Shown here piece by piece: positions 38,031 to 51,371 of a stretch of DNA of 64,000 nt. The notes below the pieces were generated by a model. That model worked only from the letters and a program-made list of their open reading frames with translations, was not told the origin of the DNA and searched no databases. The translations under genes and the position numbers were made by a program. Position 1 is the first letter of the stretch. Each line of letters opens with the position of its first letter. This stretch comes from Ylistrum balloti (Eukaryota): positions 1,054,001 to 1,118,000 of the forward strand of contig NW_026781893.1 of the NCBI RefSeq assembly GCF_031769215.1, written 5' to 3'.

Positions 38031-41000
38031 GACTGTTTGATGTGACACATTCCTTGTAGCAACATGAAAAGCTGTTGTGTTGATTTGATGTTTTCGTATG
38101 TCGAAACGTTGCTGTTACAATTGTGTATATATATGAAGCTCGATGTACGAATTTCAGTTTGATTCCTTTACAAATACTGTGTGGTTGAAATAATGATATC
38201 ATTATTGTTTTTTAAGACAAAATTGCTAACACCATATGCAAATATATATTACACAAGTGGTTTAAGTGCTCAACAAATGTTCTTATTTTTAATGTATTTT
38301 GATGTACATTGTTTATATTGAAAATGAACGTATAACGTATGTCTTCCTGTTGGTAAGTAAAAAATTATGTGTCCGCATGTTGAGAGCAGTGACGAACGTA
38401 AGCATGACGAGATTGAATATACTGAGAACGACGTTAAAGTGAAATATGAGATTGGAAATAAAAGATGATGTATAATAGAACGAGTTTGAAGACTGAAAAC
38501 CCTTCAAAAAAACAACTCCATCCTCCTGCTTTATAAGCAATTATATTAACAAGATTGCACTTCCGGTACACATACAAAAATCTCTTCATTGCTATAGACC
38601 TAGCTCGCTGGTAAACCAGAACCTTACCAGCACCAATACGTTAATAAAATGTACACAAAGGAAAAAAAGAGAGGGTTGCGTCATAATATTACGCTATATA
38701 TCTTTCATGACAAGCGCAAATACGGGAAGAAGCCAGTCAAAAAAGGTCAAAAATAAGTTTATCTTATACAATGTCAAAACACGTCCAAACAAAACAGAAG
38801 ATTTACCCCACATTAATATGATTAGAAGGATACATTAGATTTGTGGATGAGATGGTTCAAGAGAATGTCATAAACTACACGGAAGAATTATTCATAGGTC
38901 ACAAGATAAAGTAAACCAAAATATCAATAGAACTACCGCGGTCTGCTGTGATAATAATATGAAAACTCGAGATAAATATTTGATCCGGAACAATTTAAGT
39001 GATAACTAAGCAAAATTATATAAATTACTTTATGCCTAGCTGATGACCAATTTTATCAACGTGCTTAGAATACTACAAAAGAACCGGTACTCACAAGTTG
39101 CTTTGCACTTTTTTCTAGTGAAATAACAAAAAAGATGTATTTTCGAAAAAGACCATTTACTAAAATGCCAGTTATATGTATAGACAAATTTGGGTTAAAA
39201 AAAAAAATTACCAAAAGCAAAATCTACGGATAACTTCATCACCAATTGTCAAAAAACGTGAAAATAAATATCAACTTATTTATGATCAAGTTTCCCAATC
39301 TAGAAGGTATGCAAATAGTGTGTTGGGGTGGATTGTCAACCAGGAATTCAATATTTAAAAGTATTTTTCACGAAATAAGTTTCAGCATAGTTCAACAACA
39401 GTATGAAGGCGTTCAATTAAGAAAGCGTAATAGTGGTGTACAGAGTAGGAAATTCAAATATAAGAACTTTTTCTTGTGTAAAGGATGTTGAAGCTAAGTC
39501 AAAACTTATTCTTTGAAAGCCAGATAAAATTTATTTTGTGATTAAATCCTGATAGGACATTACTTGGAATTACGGTAAGAAGCGTTGACAACGGTTTTGG
39601 CAAACAACTAGACAAGCTAGAAATAAAACACTGTTTATGTGAACTATTGTGAAGATACGGTATCCATTACAGACAAGGCATGTCCGTTTACTAATTATTA
39701 ACAAGCAATTTAAATGACTATTACAGAAGAATGATTATACAGTATTTCATTTTAAGAAATATTGAAAAAAAAAGTTTTGGTAGGTTTTCCTTTCATTATC
39801 TAGCAAACCTAGTTTTGTTTCATGTAGGAATGTAACGGTGTCTACAGGCAAGGTAATGTTACTGGGTGCATTGTCTGCAAGCACAATGACATATCTGTTA
39901 TGTAAATCCTTATGTGTGGATTTAACCCAGATGTGTGCTGCGTATTCTTTTAAGAATTATAGACCGAATAGATTTTATCCTCTGATAGTGTATCCAACGC
40001 AGAAGGGTCTCATTTTACCTACTTCCTGGCAGGGTTTTACACGAAATCCATACGTAAGTTGCAACTATCATTCCAATTAAAAATAGAAGCATATATGTAT
40101 ATGAAATTACCAAACAGTTTTCTATTTAACAGTTGTGTTTCTCAATGATAAGAACATGACTTTCAGTTGTTACTGTTTTTGGAGGTATTTCATTCCTATA
40201 AATGGTGCGTTTTGCTCGTTGGTAAGAAAATGCTTATTTTAGCTCTATAAATATTAAATATTATACAATGTAATAATCTATAGCTTGATATTTACATTGC
40301 CATCACTGTGTTCGGGATATATGGTGTTAAAAGGTATCCAAGAGCCTGTGCCCAGTATAACGATTTCCGTGCTAGTTGTCATCAACTGAAAACACACTCA
40401 TAACACAGGGTTTCAAGATGCAAGTTGGTGAAAATTATGGAGAAGTTTTACAGTCGCCATAGTGATCTCATTGAGAAATATTTCACTTTTCTGTGCGATA
40501 TTAAGATAGACATATTTGATGCTCGTTAGTTTACCTGTCATTTACGTTGTTTTATACCTTGTTCTCATTTGAGAACGTGACATTACTTTCATGGATCGAC
40601 CAAGATTCACATGGCTGTTGTAGTCGATATATCAGATGCTTTCTCTGGCCGTAATGTTTCAGAAATCTCCATGTAAAACATTATTTTGTGGATATTTTGC
40701 TTTGGTCTTATTGAATTTGAGTTTAGATTATCGTTTTGTTTAAACTTTGGTATATTCTTGTTTTTATCGACAGGCTATCCAAGCACATCCATTCACTAAA
40801 ATAGTGCCGATGAGAGTGACGTAGGAGAATGGACCATTTTTCCATTTCCATTTGTGGACTGTCTATGACTGCTACCACCATATACAAACCTTATACAGCC
40901 AACACTTTAGGTACAACTATAACAATCGTATATAATCGTTATATGTTAATCTGGAACATAAGCGATACACATCACGGTATGTTTATAATACGTTGGTTGG

Positions 41001-41421
41001 ATGAAATCACACTACATCCTGCACGTTATATCCTATCTGTGTAGTAACAGATATATACACACAAATTACCTATAAAATTGCCAGCAGGGATTTGTAACTA
41101 ATTTAAGGCGAGGACGTACACTCTCAAGTAATTTCATCTACATTTTAAATAATTTAAACGTATGTATTTATGAAACGTAAATGTGTACGTGTGGACATCT
41201 TTACTTCTAATAATCCTTGCAGATTGATAATTTTCGGAAACTTAATAGACTTTGATAACGAGATTCATTTTATGTTGTAATGACAATCTGGTATATTTTA
41301 ATTGGTTGATTTGATTTTATTGTAGTGCAGAACAAATTGATCAAAATATTAAGGGCATGGTTGTGTACAAAATGTCAATTATAATTTTTTTCTAATTTCC
41401 CTTGTGTTACAGAATTGAAGG

Positions 41422-43020
41422 ATGGCGACAGATGACAGTGATGTTTCTTCATCTTGGAATCGGTGTCTTTGTCAACGCCCCAACAACTTAAAAATAGTAA
41501 GCTACTATAATAGCAACAACGAACTAATTGGTACGTTTTGTAAGGAATGTAGGGCGGAAAACCTCACGCGTGAATATGTTATACATGCCGGATATGAAGA
41601 CAAGGGGGATTTTAGTGAAAATACACCAAGGTCTAGCCAAGGGCTGGATGAACACAGAGCGTTCCAGGTTCAAAGCTCGAAAACGCGGATTGACTTGAGA
41701 ATTTTCGCTAGTATACTGAAACCAGGCGACCAAATCTCCTGGCACAGACAGCACTGTTTCTGGCACCATGCCATTGTGGAGGACGTTGCGGCTGAAACAA
41801 ACGAACTAAAATTGATTCATTGGAACAAGAAGGAAAACAATATCAAAATTTTACGTGATTCAATTAAAGTGGAAGCCAGCGAAGAAGGACTTTTCAATAA
41901 AATGTACCGTATAGATTACCCCGTGGAAATAACAAAGACGAACGATCCGGAACTGGTCTTGGCAAGAGCACGGTCTAGAATAGATGATACGGGGTATTCT
42001 CCTTTTACAGACAACTGTGAATCTTTCGCAACCTACTGCAAAACAGGTGTTGAAAAATCGCACCAGTTAGCCTGGGTAGAAGGAAAAATAGGGGAGATCC
42101 TCGGACAAAACATAGCTACATTTGCTAAATCAACAATAAACGCAACATGTAAAATTCTTCAAACTACTGTCTCTGTCTCGAAAACAGCTGTAGAAGCTGG
42201 AAGACCTTTTCAATCAGGAGGAATCGAACATGTTATGTTAGCTAGTAATGTTGTTGGGGCTGGAATTATCATAATGCTGGAAACGGGATTCGTCACTTGG
42301 GATTTGAGTCAGGTCTATGCACAGAGAAAACACGGGAATACATCTAGGAATGATTTTATTGAAACAGCAATTCGACGAGTAGTGGAAGGAGTGTTGAGTG
42401 CTGGAGTAACTATACTGTTCTCGCTTGGTCCGGAATTAATTGGTATGGCTGTTGGATCACCGCTTGGTCCAGTGGGTATCTTTGTCGGTGGAGTTATAGG
42501 CGGGATCGTAGGCGGAGTGGTAGGTAAATATATCGGAACTGCTCTTGGCAGTGTGATTGGGAAGGCGATTTCCTCTTCATTCAAAACCGATGACAGAGCA
42601 GTGACTAATATATGTGACTTAAAGTGTGGAGACCATATCGTGTTATATAGAGGCATACTACATCCGCGCTGTCATGCCATTGTTGTGGAGCAAAATGGAA
42701 TCGACAAAATCAAAGTAATTCGCAACAAATACAAGGCCGGGGTTGTCGAGGAGTGGGTATCGTTCTCTAAACCATTGTTTAGAATTAACTATAAACAAGG
42801 GGTGAGTAAAGACCCCGAGGAAGTCGTGAAAATGGCAAGGTCAAAGCTAGGGGAATACCGGTATTGTCTACCTGTCTACAACTGCAAAACCTTCGCCAGA
42901 CAATGCAAATCAAATCTGTCTACGGAAACAGAAGATGAGCCATGGCAACTAATAAATTATGAAGATCTTCCCGCGGAGTCTTTTCAGTATGCATGTGATG
43001 CGAAATTTGTCAGCACCTAG
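41422..43020 (+). CDS. dual-LRAT/PLAAT-domain glycine-zipper protein, paralog 3 (532 aa)
   Basis: acceptor TTACAG at 41412, ATG 41422; same motifs as paralogs 1 and 2. Confidence 0.92.
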   Translation: MATDDSDVSSSWNRCLCQRPNNLKIVSYYNSNNELIGTFCKECRAENLTREYVIHAGYEDKGDFSENTPRSSQGLDEHRAFQVQSSKTRIDLRIFASILKPGDQISWHRQHCFWHHAIVEDVAAETNELKLIHWNKKENNIKILRDSIKVEASEEGLFNKMYRIDYPVEITKTNDPELVLARARSRIDDTGYSPFTDNCESFATYCKTGVEKSHQLAWVEGKIGEILGQNIATFAKSTINATCKILQTTVSVSKTAVEAGRPFQSGGIEHVMLASNVVGAGIIIMLETGFVTWDLSQVYAQRKHGNTSRNDFIETAIRRVVEGVLSAGVTILFSLGPELIGMAVGSPLGPVGIFVGGVIGGIVGGVVGKYIGTALGSVIGKAISSSFKTDDRAVTNICDLKCGDHIVLYRGILHPRCHAIVVEQNGIDKIKVIRNKYKAGVVEEWVSFSKPLFRINYKQGVSKDPEEVVKMARSKLGEYRYCLPVYNCKTFARQCKSNLSTETEDEPWQLINYEDLPAESFQYACDAKFVST

Positions 43021-44039
43021 CGAAAGAATTTTGATGAGAAAGACCTATCCTAATATAGTTAACCACATTTATTTTGTGTGCATGTTGGATAATATTTTGA
43101 GGAGATGCAGGTATTCTATTTGTTATCATTTACAAAGTAATGTGAAATTTCTTACATTTAGAATAAAGGTCCGATTTCTCCGATTCCGTCGAACTCGAAG
43201 ACAGCGGCAGGAGAATTGGGAGAATGCTGGATTTAAACTTAGTACCTTGAGAAAGAATAAAAACTAAAAATGAAAATCTTTTAGAGCATTTCTGTTGAGA
43301 TATAAAAACTAAAAATGAAAATATTTTAGAGCATTTCTCTTGAGACATAGGCCATTATGAAGTAAACTGACGATATAGTTGTCATATGGCATGTATTTCC
43401 AAATAACTTTTTTGTTGAGTTTGGTGGTAACACCTGATAAAGGACTTTGGCAAACGTATTTTGTTACTGGGTCAATTGATCATGTGAATTCTTTAAATTA
43501 AAGGAGATGTCCACACGCACGTATTTGTTAGGAAACTATTACGTACAGGAACACTACAAATCCGTGTGCTTTACAAACTCGATGGTGATAGATAAACAAA
43601 CTACTGATTGTGTCGAGAGAAAATCTCATTTAAGAAAGTATCATGGCCATTCCCGTCAACGAAAAAGAGGACGCTTACCGTTTAGCATAAAGTCTCGGAT
43701 GCTTAGAATAGGGTATCACACATGAAATTATTACCCCTTCAAAAGCAGCAGAAGATTGTTTTTGAAATTAAATGACACTAAATGTTTTCATATCCCGTAT
43801 GTCAAATTTACTCATAGAATGCTTCGTTTTCTTATACATAAATTATTTCCGTTTCGAATAGAGTGGGTTCTGTTTCAGAATTAGATATTCCGTTATGATG
43901 TTTATCAAAAATTCAATATATTTTTCCTTTTTTACCCACTTCTGTATTTGAATACTCTTTTACAATGCATATATAACCTAGTTTCAGCAATTTGAACCAC
44001 TATTCTATGATTTCTTTAGGGATACATATCATATCATCG

Positions 44040-46380
44040 ATTCATTCCTATTTAGGTTTATATCTGCCATGTTATCGATTCATTCCTTGTTTGGTTTATA
44101 CCTGTCATGTTATTGATACATTCCTATCTTGGTTTATACCTGTCATGTTATAGATACATTTCTATCTTGGTTTATACCTGTCATGTTATCGATACATTCC
44201 TATCTTGGTTTATATTTGTCATGTTATCGATACATTCCTATCTTGGTTTATACCTGTCATGTTATCGATACATTCCTATCTTGGTTTATACCTGTCATGT
44301 TATCGATACATTCCTATCTTGGTTTATACCTGTCATGTTATCGATACATTCCTATCTTGGTTTATACCTGTCATGTTATCGATACATTCCTATCTTGGTT
44401 TATATTTGTCATGTTATCGATACATTCCTATCTTGGTTTATACCTGTCATGTTATCGATACATTCCTATCTTGGTTTATACCTGTCATGTTATCGATACA
44501 TTCCTATCTTGGTTTATATTTGTCATGTTATCGATACATTCTATCCTGTCATGGTTTATATTATACCTCATGTTATCTTGGTTTATACATGTTATTCCTA
44601 TCTTGGTTTATACCTGTCATGTAATCGATACATTCCTATCTTGGTTAATACCTGACATGTTATCGATACATACCTATCTTGGTTTATACCTGTCATGTTA
44701 TCGATACATTCCTATCTTGGTTTATACCTGTCATGTTATCGATACATTCCTATCTTGGTTTATACCTGTCATGTTATCGATACATTCCTATCTTGGTTTA
44801 TACCTGTCATGTTATCGATACATTCCTATCTTGGTTTATACCTGCCATGTTATCGATACATTCCTATCTTGGTTTATACCTGTCATGTTATCGATACATT
44901 CCTATCTTGGTTTATACCTGTCATGTTATCGATACATTCCTATCTTGGTTTATACCTGTCATGTTATCGATACATTCCTATCTTGGTTTATACCTGTCTT
45001 GGTTTATACCTGTCATGTTATCGATACATTCCTACATTCCTATCTTGGTTTATACCTGTCATGTTATCATGATACACTTATCTTGGTTTATACCTGTCAT
45101 GTTATCGATACATTCCTATCTTGGTTTATACCTGTCATGTTATCGATACATTCCTAGTTTGTTTTATACCTGTCATGTTATCGATACATTCCTATCTTGG
45201 TTTATACCTGCCATGTTATCGATACATTCCTATCTTGGTTTATACCTGTCATGTTATCGATACATTCCTATCTTGGTTTATACCTGTCATGTTATCTTGG
45301 TTTATACCTGTCATGTTTCCTATCTTGGTTTATACCTGTCATGTTATCGATACATTCCTATCTTGGTTTATACCTGTCATGTTATTGATACATTCCTATC
45401 TTGGTTTATATTTGTCATGTTATCGATACATTCCTATCTTGGTATATATTTGTCATGTTATAGATACATTTCTATCTTGGTTTATACCTGTCATGTTATC
45501 GATACATTCCTATCTTGGTTTATACCTGTCATGTTATCGATACATTCCTATCTTGGTTTATACCTGCCATGTTATCGATACATTCCTATCTTGGTTTATA
45601 CCTGTCATGTTATCGATACATTCCTATCTTGGTTTATACCTGTCATGTTATCGATACATTCCTATCTTGGTTTATACCTGTCATGTTATCGATACATTCC
45701 TATCTTGGTTTATACCTGTCATGTTATCGATACATTCCTATCTTGGTTTATACCTGCCATGTTATCGATACATTCCTAGTTTGTTTTATACCTGTCATGT
45801 TATCGATACATTCCTATCTTGGTTTATACCTGTCATGTTATCGATACATTCCTATCTTGGTTTATACCTGTCATGTTATCGATACATTCCTATCTTGGTT
45901 TATACCTGTCATGTTATCGATACATTCCTATCTTGGTTTATACCTGTCATGTTATCGATACATTCCTATCTTGGTTTATACCTGTCATGTTATCGATACA
46001 TTCCTATCTTGGTTTATACCTGTCATGTTATCGATACGTTCCTATCTTGGTTTATACCTGTCATGTTATCGATACATTCCTATCTTGGTTTATACCTGTC
46101 ATGTTATCGATACATTCCTATCTTGGTTTATACCTGTCATGTTATCGATACATTCCTATCTTGGTTTATACCTACCATGTTATCGATACATTTGGTTTAT
46201 ACCTGTCATGTTATCGATTTTTCCTAATTTATTAATCCTGTCATGTTATCGATTTTTCCTAATTTATTAATGTCTACCATGTTATCGATTTTTTTCCTAA
46301 TTTGGTAATATCTACCATGTTATCGATTTTTCCTAATTTGGTAATATCTACCATGTTATCGATTTTTCCTATCTTGGTTT
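44040..46380. repeat. 38-bp minisatellite (~55-60 copies) with degenerate ends
   Basis: unit tcctatcttggtttatacctgtcatgttatcgatacat; variant unit at 46200-46380. Confidence 0.95.
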
Positions 46381-46813
46381 ATATTTTATCGATGTACACA
46401 ATTTTTCCTATGCTTGGATAATTATACCTTTGTTATTCGATCTTCAACATATAATGTTCTACATTCCTTCTTGGTTTATCCACCATGTTATCGTTAGTTT
46501 CCTATTTTGTTCTCATTTTATTACTATTTTGTATCTTGGTTATTATTTGTCTCTTTCTCGTCCACAATTGTTAAGTTAGTAGTATTGTTCTCGTTACCTG
46601 TACACGCCTCAGGGGAGTGTTACTACCAGGTATGAGGTGATTATGACGCAGTCGTATGAGGCTACATAATTCATGTTCACGCAGATGTGACTACAACAGT
46701 CATGCTTGAATGACGATGAACTTTTGTTCTGAGAAATACAGCTTGTTTATCCTTGTTATAAGTGTGTGGATTTTCAAACACTAACATTGTATGGTTCTAT
46801 AACAGCAATCGTG

Positions 46814-46865
46814 ATGGAACTATTATCTTTGCTTGTTATGTATTTAACCTGGCCTAGTATAGCTG
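46814..46865 (+). CDS. Shisa-like gene A exon 1 (signal peptide)
   Basis: MELLSLLVMYLTWPSIA + G|GTAAG, phase 1, compatible with exon 2. Confidence 0.7.
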
Positions 46866-49800
46866 GTAAGTATTATTTATATATATATATATGTATGTGT
46901 GTATGTGTGTGTGTGTAAATATCTCGCATTATATTGCTGGATTTTAATATCTTGATACTCAATATTGTACTTTACTCGACTAAACAATTTCGTCTGAAAG
47001 TCTGTATGTTTTTGCGTAGTTGTTAATCTAATATTTATTTCATATTGTAATAGTTATAAAAGATGAAAATATCAAAGAAAACCTAATGCTACTGGCGAGC
47101 TTAGAAACTGTCTCTACTTATACCTTTATAATTTACATTGTGTAAACTTGGGTAATACCATGGATCTAGAAATTAAGAAATATATCTTCTTAGTTAGTAT
47201 ACAAACATATTACGTATTACAAATACAAATACATGAACATAGTTATAACTTCACATTTTACATATCAAACAAGTAATGTGTGGATCATTACGTTTCTTAA
47301 GTAACTTTGTGTAGTTCTCTTACATTCCGTTATAATACCTAACTTCATAACAAGTCTTCTTCTTCAGAATCACTGTAATTTATTGGCAATATTATTTAAT
47401 AATTTAATCAGGGTAGCAGTTTATTTCTTTATCGATATGAGTCAATGAATAATTACATAAAATAAATACAACATAAAATGTAAATATATTACGTGATGAT
47501 TTAGAGCTATAAAGGATTAGCTCTAGGAGACATAATATTTTCGTCCGCCTGTCTGTCTTTCCGTCCGTCACACTTCGTTTTTATCACAATACCTAGGGAC
47601 AAATTTGTTTGGACATTGTACTACAAACAGTATAACGGTATATACCAAAGTATAAGTATTTATTAGCATTATTAGCATAAATGATGAACGCAGGCGTGTA
47701 GCCTCTATGTCGATATCAATATCAAATACATAGCATCATGTAAATAACTCCTCTGTACAATGGCTTTACATAAGTAACTGTAAAGGGTTATTTTCCAATG
47801 TTCATATACCCTTATATTTCAAATTGAATAACAGATTCAGCATTAACAATGTTGGGTTACCTTGAACGAGTTTCAAAGTTATGTCAGATTTTAATTTGTT
47901 GATTAAAACAAACTCAAATCGATGTGACTAATTAAATTTTGTTTTGATATTCTGACATGGTAACTTCAGTCGTCTTCTTCGTTAAAACACTCATCTGACT
48001 TTAACTAAGGCTTACATCGCGACTGTCGTTGATGAAGGCGCTTATCATTCCAGAACACCTGGTCTTATTTTCCCACTAGTTTTTTACATTGACATCCGTG
48101 TTAATGTTCCTTTAGTCCGTATGTTGCCCTCGTTTCCTAGTGTTTGAGTTAGAATTCTGTTGACTAGTCAGTAACTTTTTCCTTTGACCCTTTTTATACA
48201 TGAATACACTGCTAACTCAACTTCTCGTGTATAATGTATGTATCTATGATATAATAGGACAGCAGTTGAAGTATAAATTTTCTTAAATGGACATATAAAT
48301 ATGTACATCTGTATAATCAGTTTTAGATTTGTTTCTCGTGTTGATGTTAGCGTTACATATTTTATAATAATGTGTATTAATTATGTGGAATTTGCATTGC
48401 TACTACCGCAAAGATTGCCTGTCACGAAACGCGACATTCACGTGTCAAATCTGTTCTAAAAGTTATTGTGAACACACACGTGAACACATGTTAGGTCATT
48501 ACAGCGACATAAATTATTGCAATATAATACCGACGAATGAACGCCCCGGTTTTCCAAATCAAATTCGATGAAACAAGAGGAAAAAGGGGAAAAAAACAAA
48601 GGTGAACTTTAAAATGATATAAGGAGAAAAACATACATTTCCCTGGAGGTTGATATTTGGTCACGTTGACAATGACCCTACTGATAGTAAGAAAGGTTAC
48701 AACCAAATAATGTCAGGTTCTAATAAAAAGAAGTGGTGTAGTTATCGATAAGATCTGAAACCATAATACACAAAGTTATGTTATATTTCCCACTAACATC
48801 ATAATTTCGTCTATGAAACATTCCCGCTCTCTTCAGTAACATGTATCACTTGCAGACATTGTGGTTTACGACTTATGAAAAAGGGAAGAAAATCATGACA
48901 TTAGGAATAGTGCGTCGAATATCGGCTCGACTGAAAATGTCGTCATCACAGACTATGGAACTAGAAATAACATCACATCAAGTTTCAACAGGTTCATGCC
49001 AATGTACGTGATATACATTTATAGTCTATATTCACACTTCCACCATGAAATTCGAAAACCAGGCTTGGTATGCTTCCCTGACAATAGCATGGCCGCCGAA
49101 TACGTTTTGCCGGCCTCGTCACGACCGTTGGCCTCTGGGCCTCGGATATCCGAGGAGTAAGCTTCAGAACTAATACTTTCGGCGAAATCCCACAAAAGAG
49201 GATATAGCAATTTTAGTGAGGGATACGTACACGATATAGCAGGTTTGTTTATATAAAATTTCCCGAGGAGAGGCTGTGGTAATCGGTAGATCTTCTGCTG
49301 TTTCTGACATTCTGAACATATACATTTATATCTATTCATCCATATCTTTATTTATTTTGGGTATTACATAAATATCGGCACAGAAGTTTAATGGCCTATT
49401 AATAAGCTTTTCGACTTGTGGAAACTAAGGTCAGAATATCTAATTGAGCCGAAATGACATAATTGCTCTCCATCAACAGTTAATATATTCCCTCGTCTGA
49501 TTTTTCATTGCACATATTCGGATTCTTTGAAACTTAAACCAAACGAATTTTATCGGAGTGTTTAATTTACGTACTGGAATTTGATGAGTAAATTCTAGCC
49601 CTGGGTTAAGGGGATATAATTTCATTATTGTTATACATATTAATTTGCTAAGAGTGTACAACCAAAAGGATACGGCAAAGATGTTTTCTCTGGCTGGGTC
49701 TCTCGGAGTGATCTGCCCTTGTCATCCGTCAATAGCATGTTAAATAGTACAGCGTTTAACCGCTAGGTATGCATACCGATGTTGTATTATGTTGTACTCA

Positions 49801-50794
49801 TCGACAACATATGATAAAACAGCAAGTTGTATAACAATCCCATAGGTGAATGTGATTATTAAAATGATATGTTTATTGTTTGTAATGACACATTTTGACC
49901 AAGTAAAAACAGTAAACATACTACAAAAAGACAAAACTCTCTCTTTTGTGACGTCACAATGCATATGATCATAAAGTTATGGAGCCAAAGTGGAAACAAT
50001 GGAAAGGTATTAATGCACATGGGCCACAACATAAATCTTGTTACTGATATAAATACACTGCTTACAGGTTATATGTATTTAATTATGTAATACATATGTA
50101 GTGGCAATAAAACAGAAATGAGTATTTTAGATCACAGGAAACGAATCCATCCAAAATGTTAGTATACTGTTATTACATATTTAACTAACAAAAGTCATCA
50201 GATAGGAAATTAAGTCGGTTTATAGCAATCATATTCTCTAATCTTTTGGAAATATATCATATATCATTAATCAGTAAATAAAGTGTTTGATCCTTCCGAC
50301 AAAAAAATCGATCAAGGAAATTGAACAAATGTTGTGTAAAATATTACATAACAAATTCAAAAAATATTATGTAGAATATCTCACGAAATTAGTTTTAATT
50401 TATTTGTAATTGAATGATATATATATCAAGGCCTTATTTCTCCTCAAGAAACGCCAAGAAAATATCAACATAACCATAATCCAAAGAAAGCCATGTGTTT
50501 CGCAAGAGTAAACATCTTCTGCTTCATCGACGACACCCCCATGTAAATCTTGGTCTATCCAAGTAATGAATGTCATGTTTTAATTTGTACAACAGGCACA
50601 CAAGTGAATAGCTCATTTCAATACAAATTCAGAATTACATGTAGATAGAGTAGCACCAAATGATGAATTCTACTAAGTTACACTTGTGTATCTTTTGAAT
50701 ATTACTTACAATTCTTGGTGTAGTGTTGAGAATTGGTTCCGGTGGCCAAAGTCAGTAGCTGCAATGTAACTATTTACCTTTCTCGTAAATTTAG

Positions 50795-50942
50795 ATGGCG
50801 ACGAAGTTGATGAAGACTGCCGATTTGGTTATTACACAAACAGTGGTGAATATGAAGAATCTTATATCTCATGTGGTATCAACGACTACTGCTGTGGTCA
50901 TTTGATGGACAGAAATTGCTGCATCAACCCCGAAAATAATTC
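50795..50942 (+). CDS. Shisa-like gene A exon 2 (6-Cys ectodomain)
   Basis: TTTAG acceptor, GT at 50943; DGDEVDEDCRFGYY...SCGINDYCCGHLMDRNCCINP = C-x17-C-x5-CC-x7-CC. Confidence 0.85.
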
Positions 50943-51371
50943 GTTAGTATTTTTTCTTTAATATATCATTCACGCTCGTCTAAACAAGGAAATGATCTGT
51001 GTACCAATAAGTTCAATCAGTTTTCAAGGCTCTGTCTCTTTTTATGACCTGCTGTTGAATTATCATGTAAATGTTTTAAAGAAACAGAAGTCGTGATAAC
51101 GCCATGTAAATAATGACAATACATTGGAAACTAGATACGCATACGAAATAAACCAAACAGTAACCAAAATATTTTTTTAAAACATCGAAGTTTTATAAAA
51201 AAAAAAAATTGAATACTTACATCAGTATTTTTATCAACAGGTTTAACCTTTATGAAGTTAAAACATCTATCACCCACTGTACCATCGCATGTTATTTTCA
51301 CTCCAATATTTTAGAAACGTGCCATTAGACATTTACTTTAAATCGCTGATGATGTTTTCCTTACCTTGCAG

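Noticed and set aside
21581-42656. Pro/Thr-rich antisense ORFs inside the LRAT genes (21581-22069, 37139-37618, 42315-42656)
   Set aside because: Shadow frames of Gly/Val-rich sense codons
44107-46270. Long hydrophobic ORFs (up to 368 aa) in several + frames
   Set aside because: Artefact of a stop-free 38-bp unit cycling through frames; no unique coding flanks
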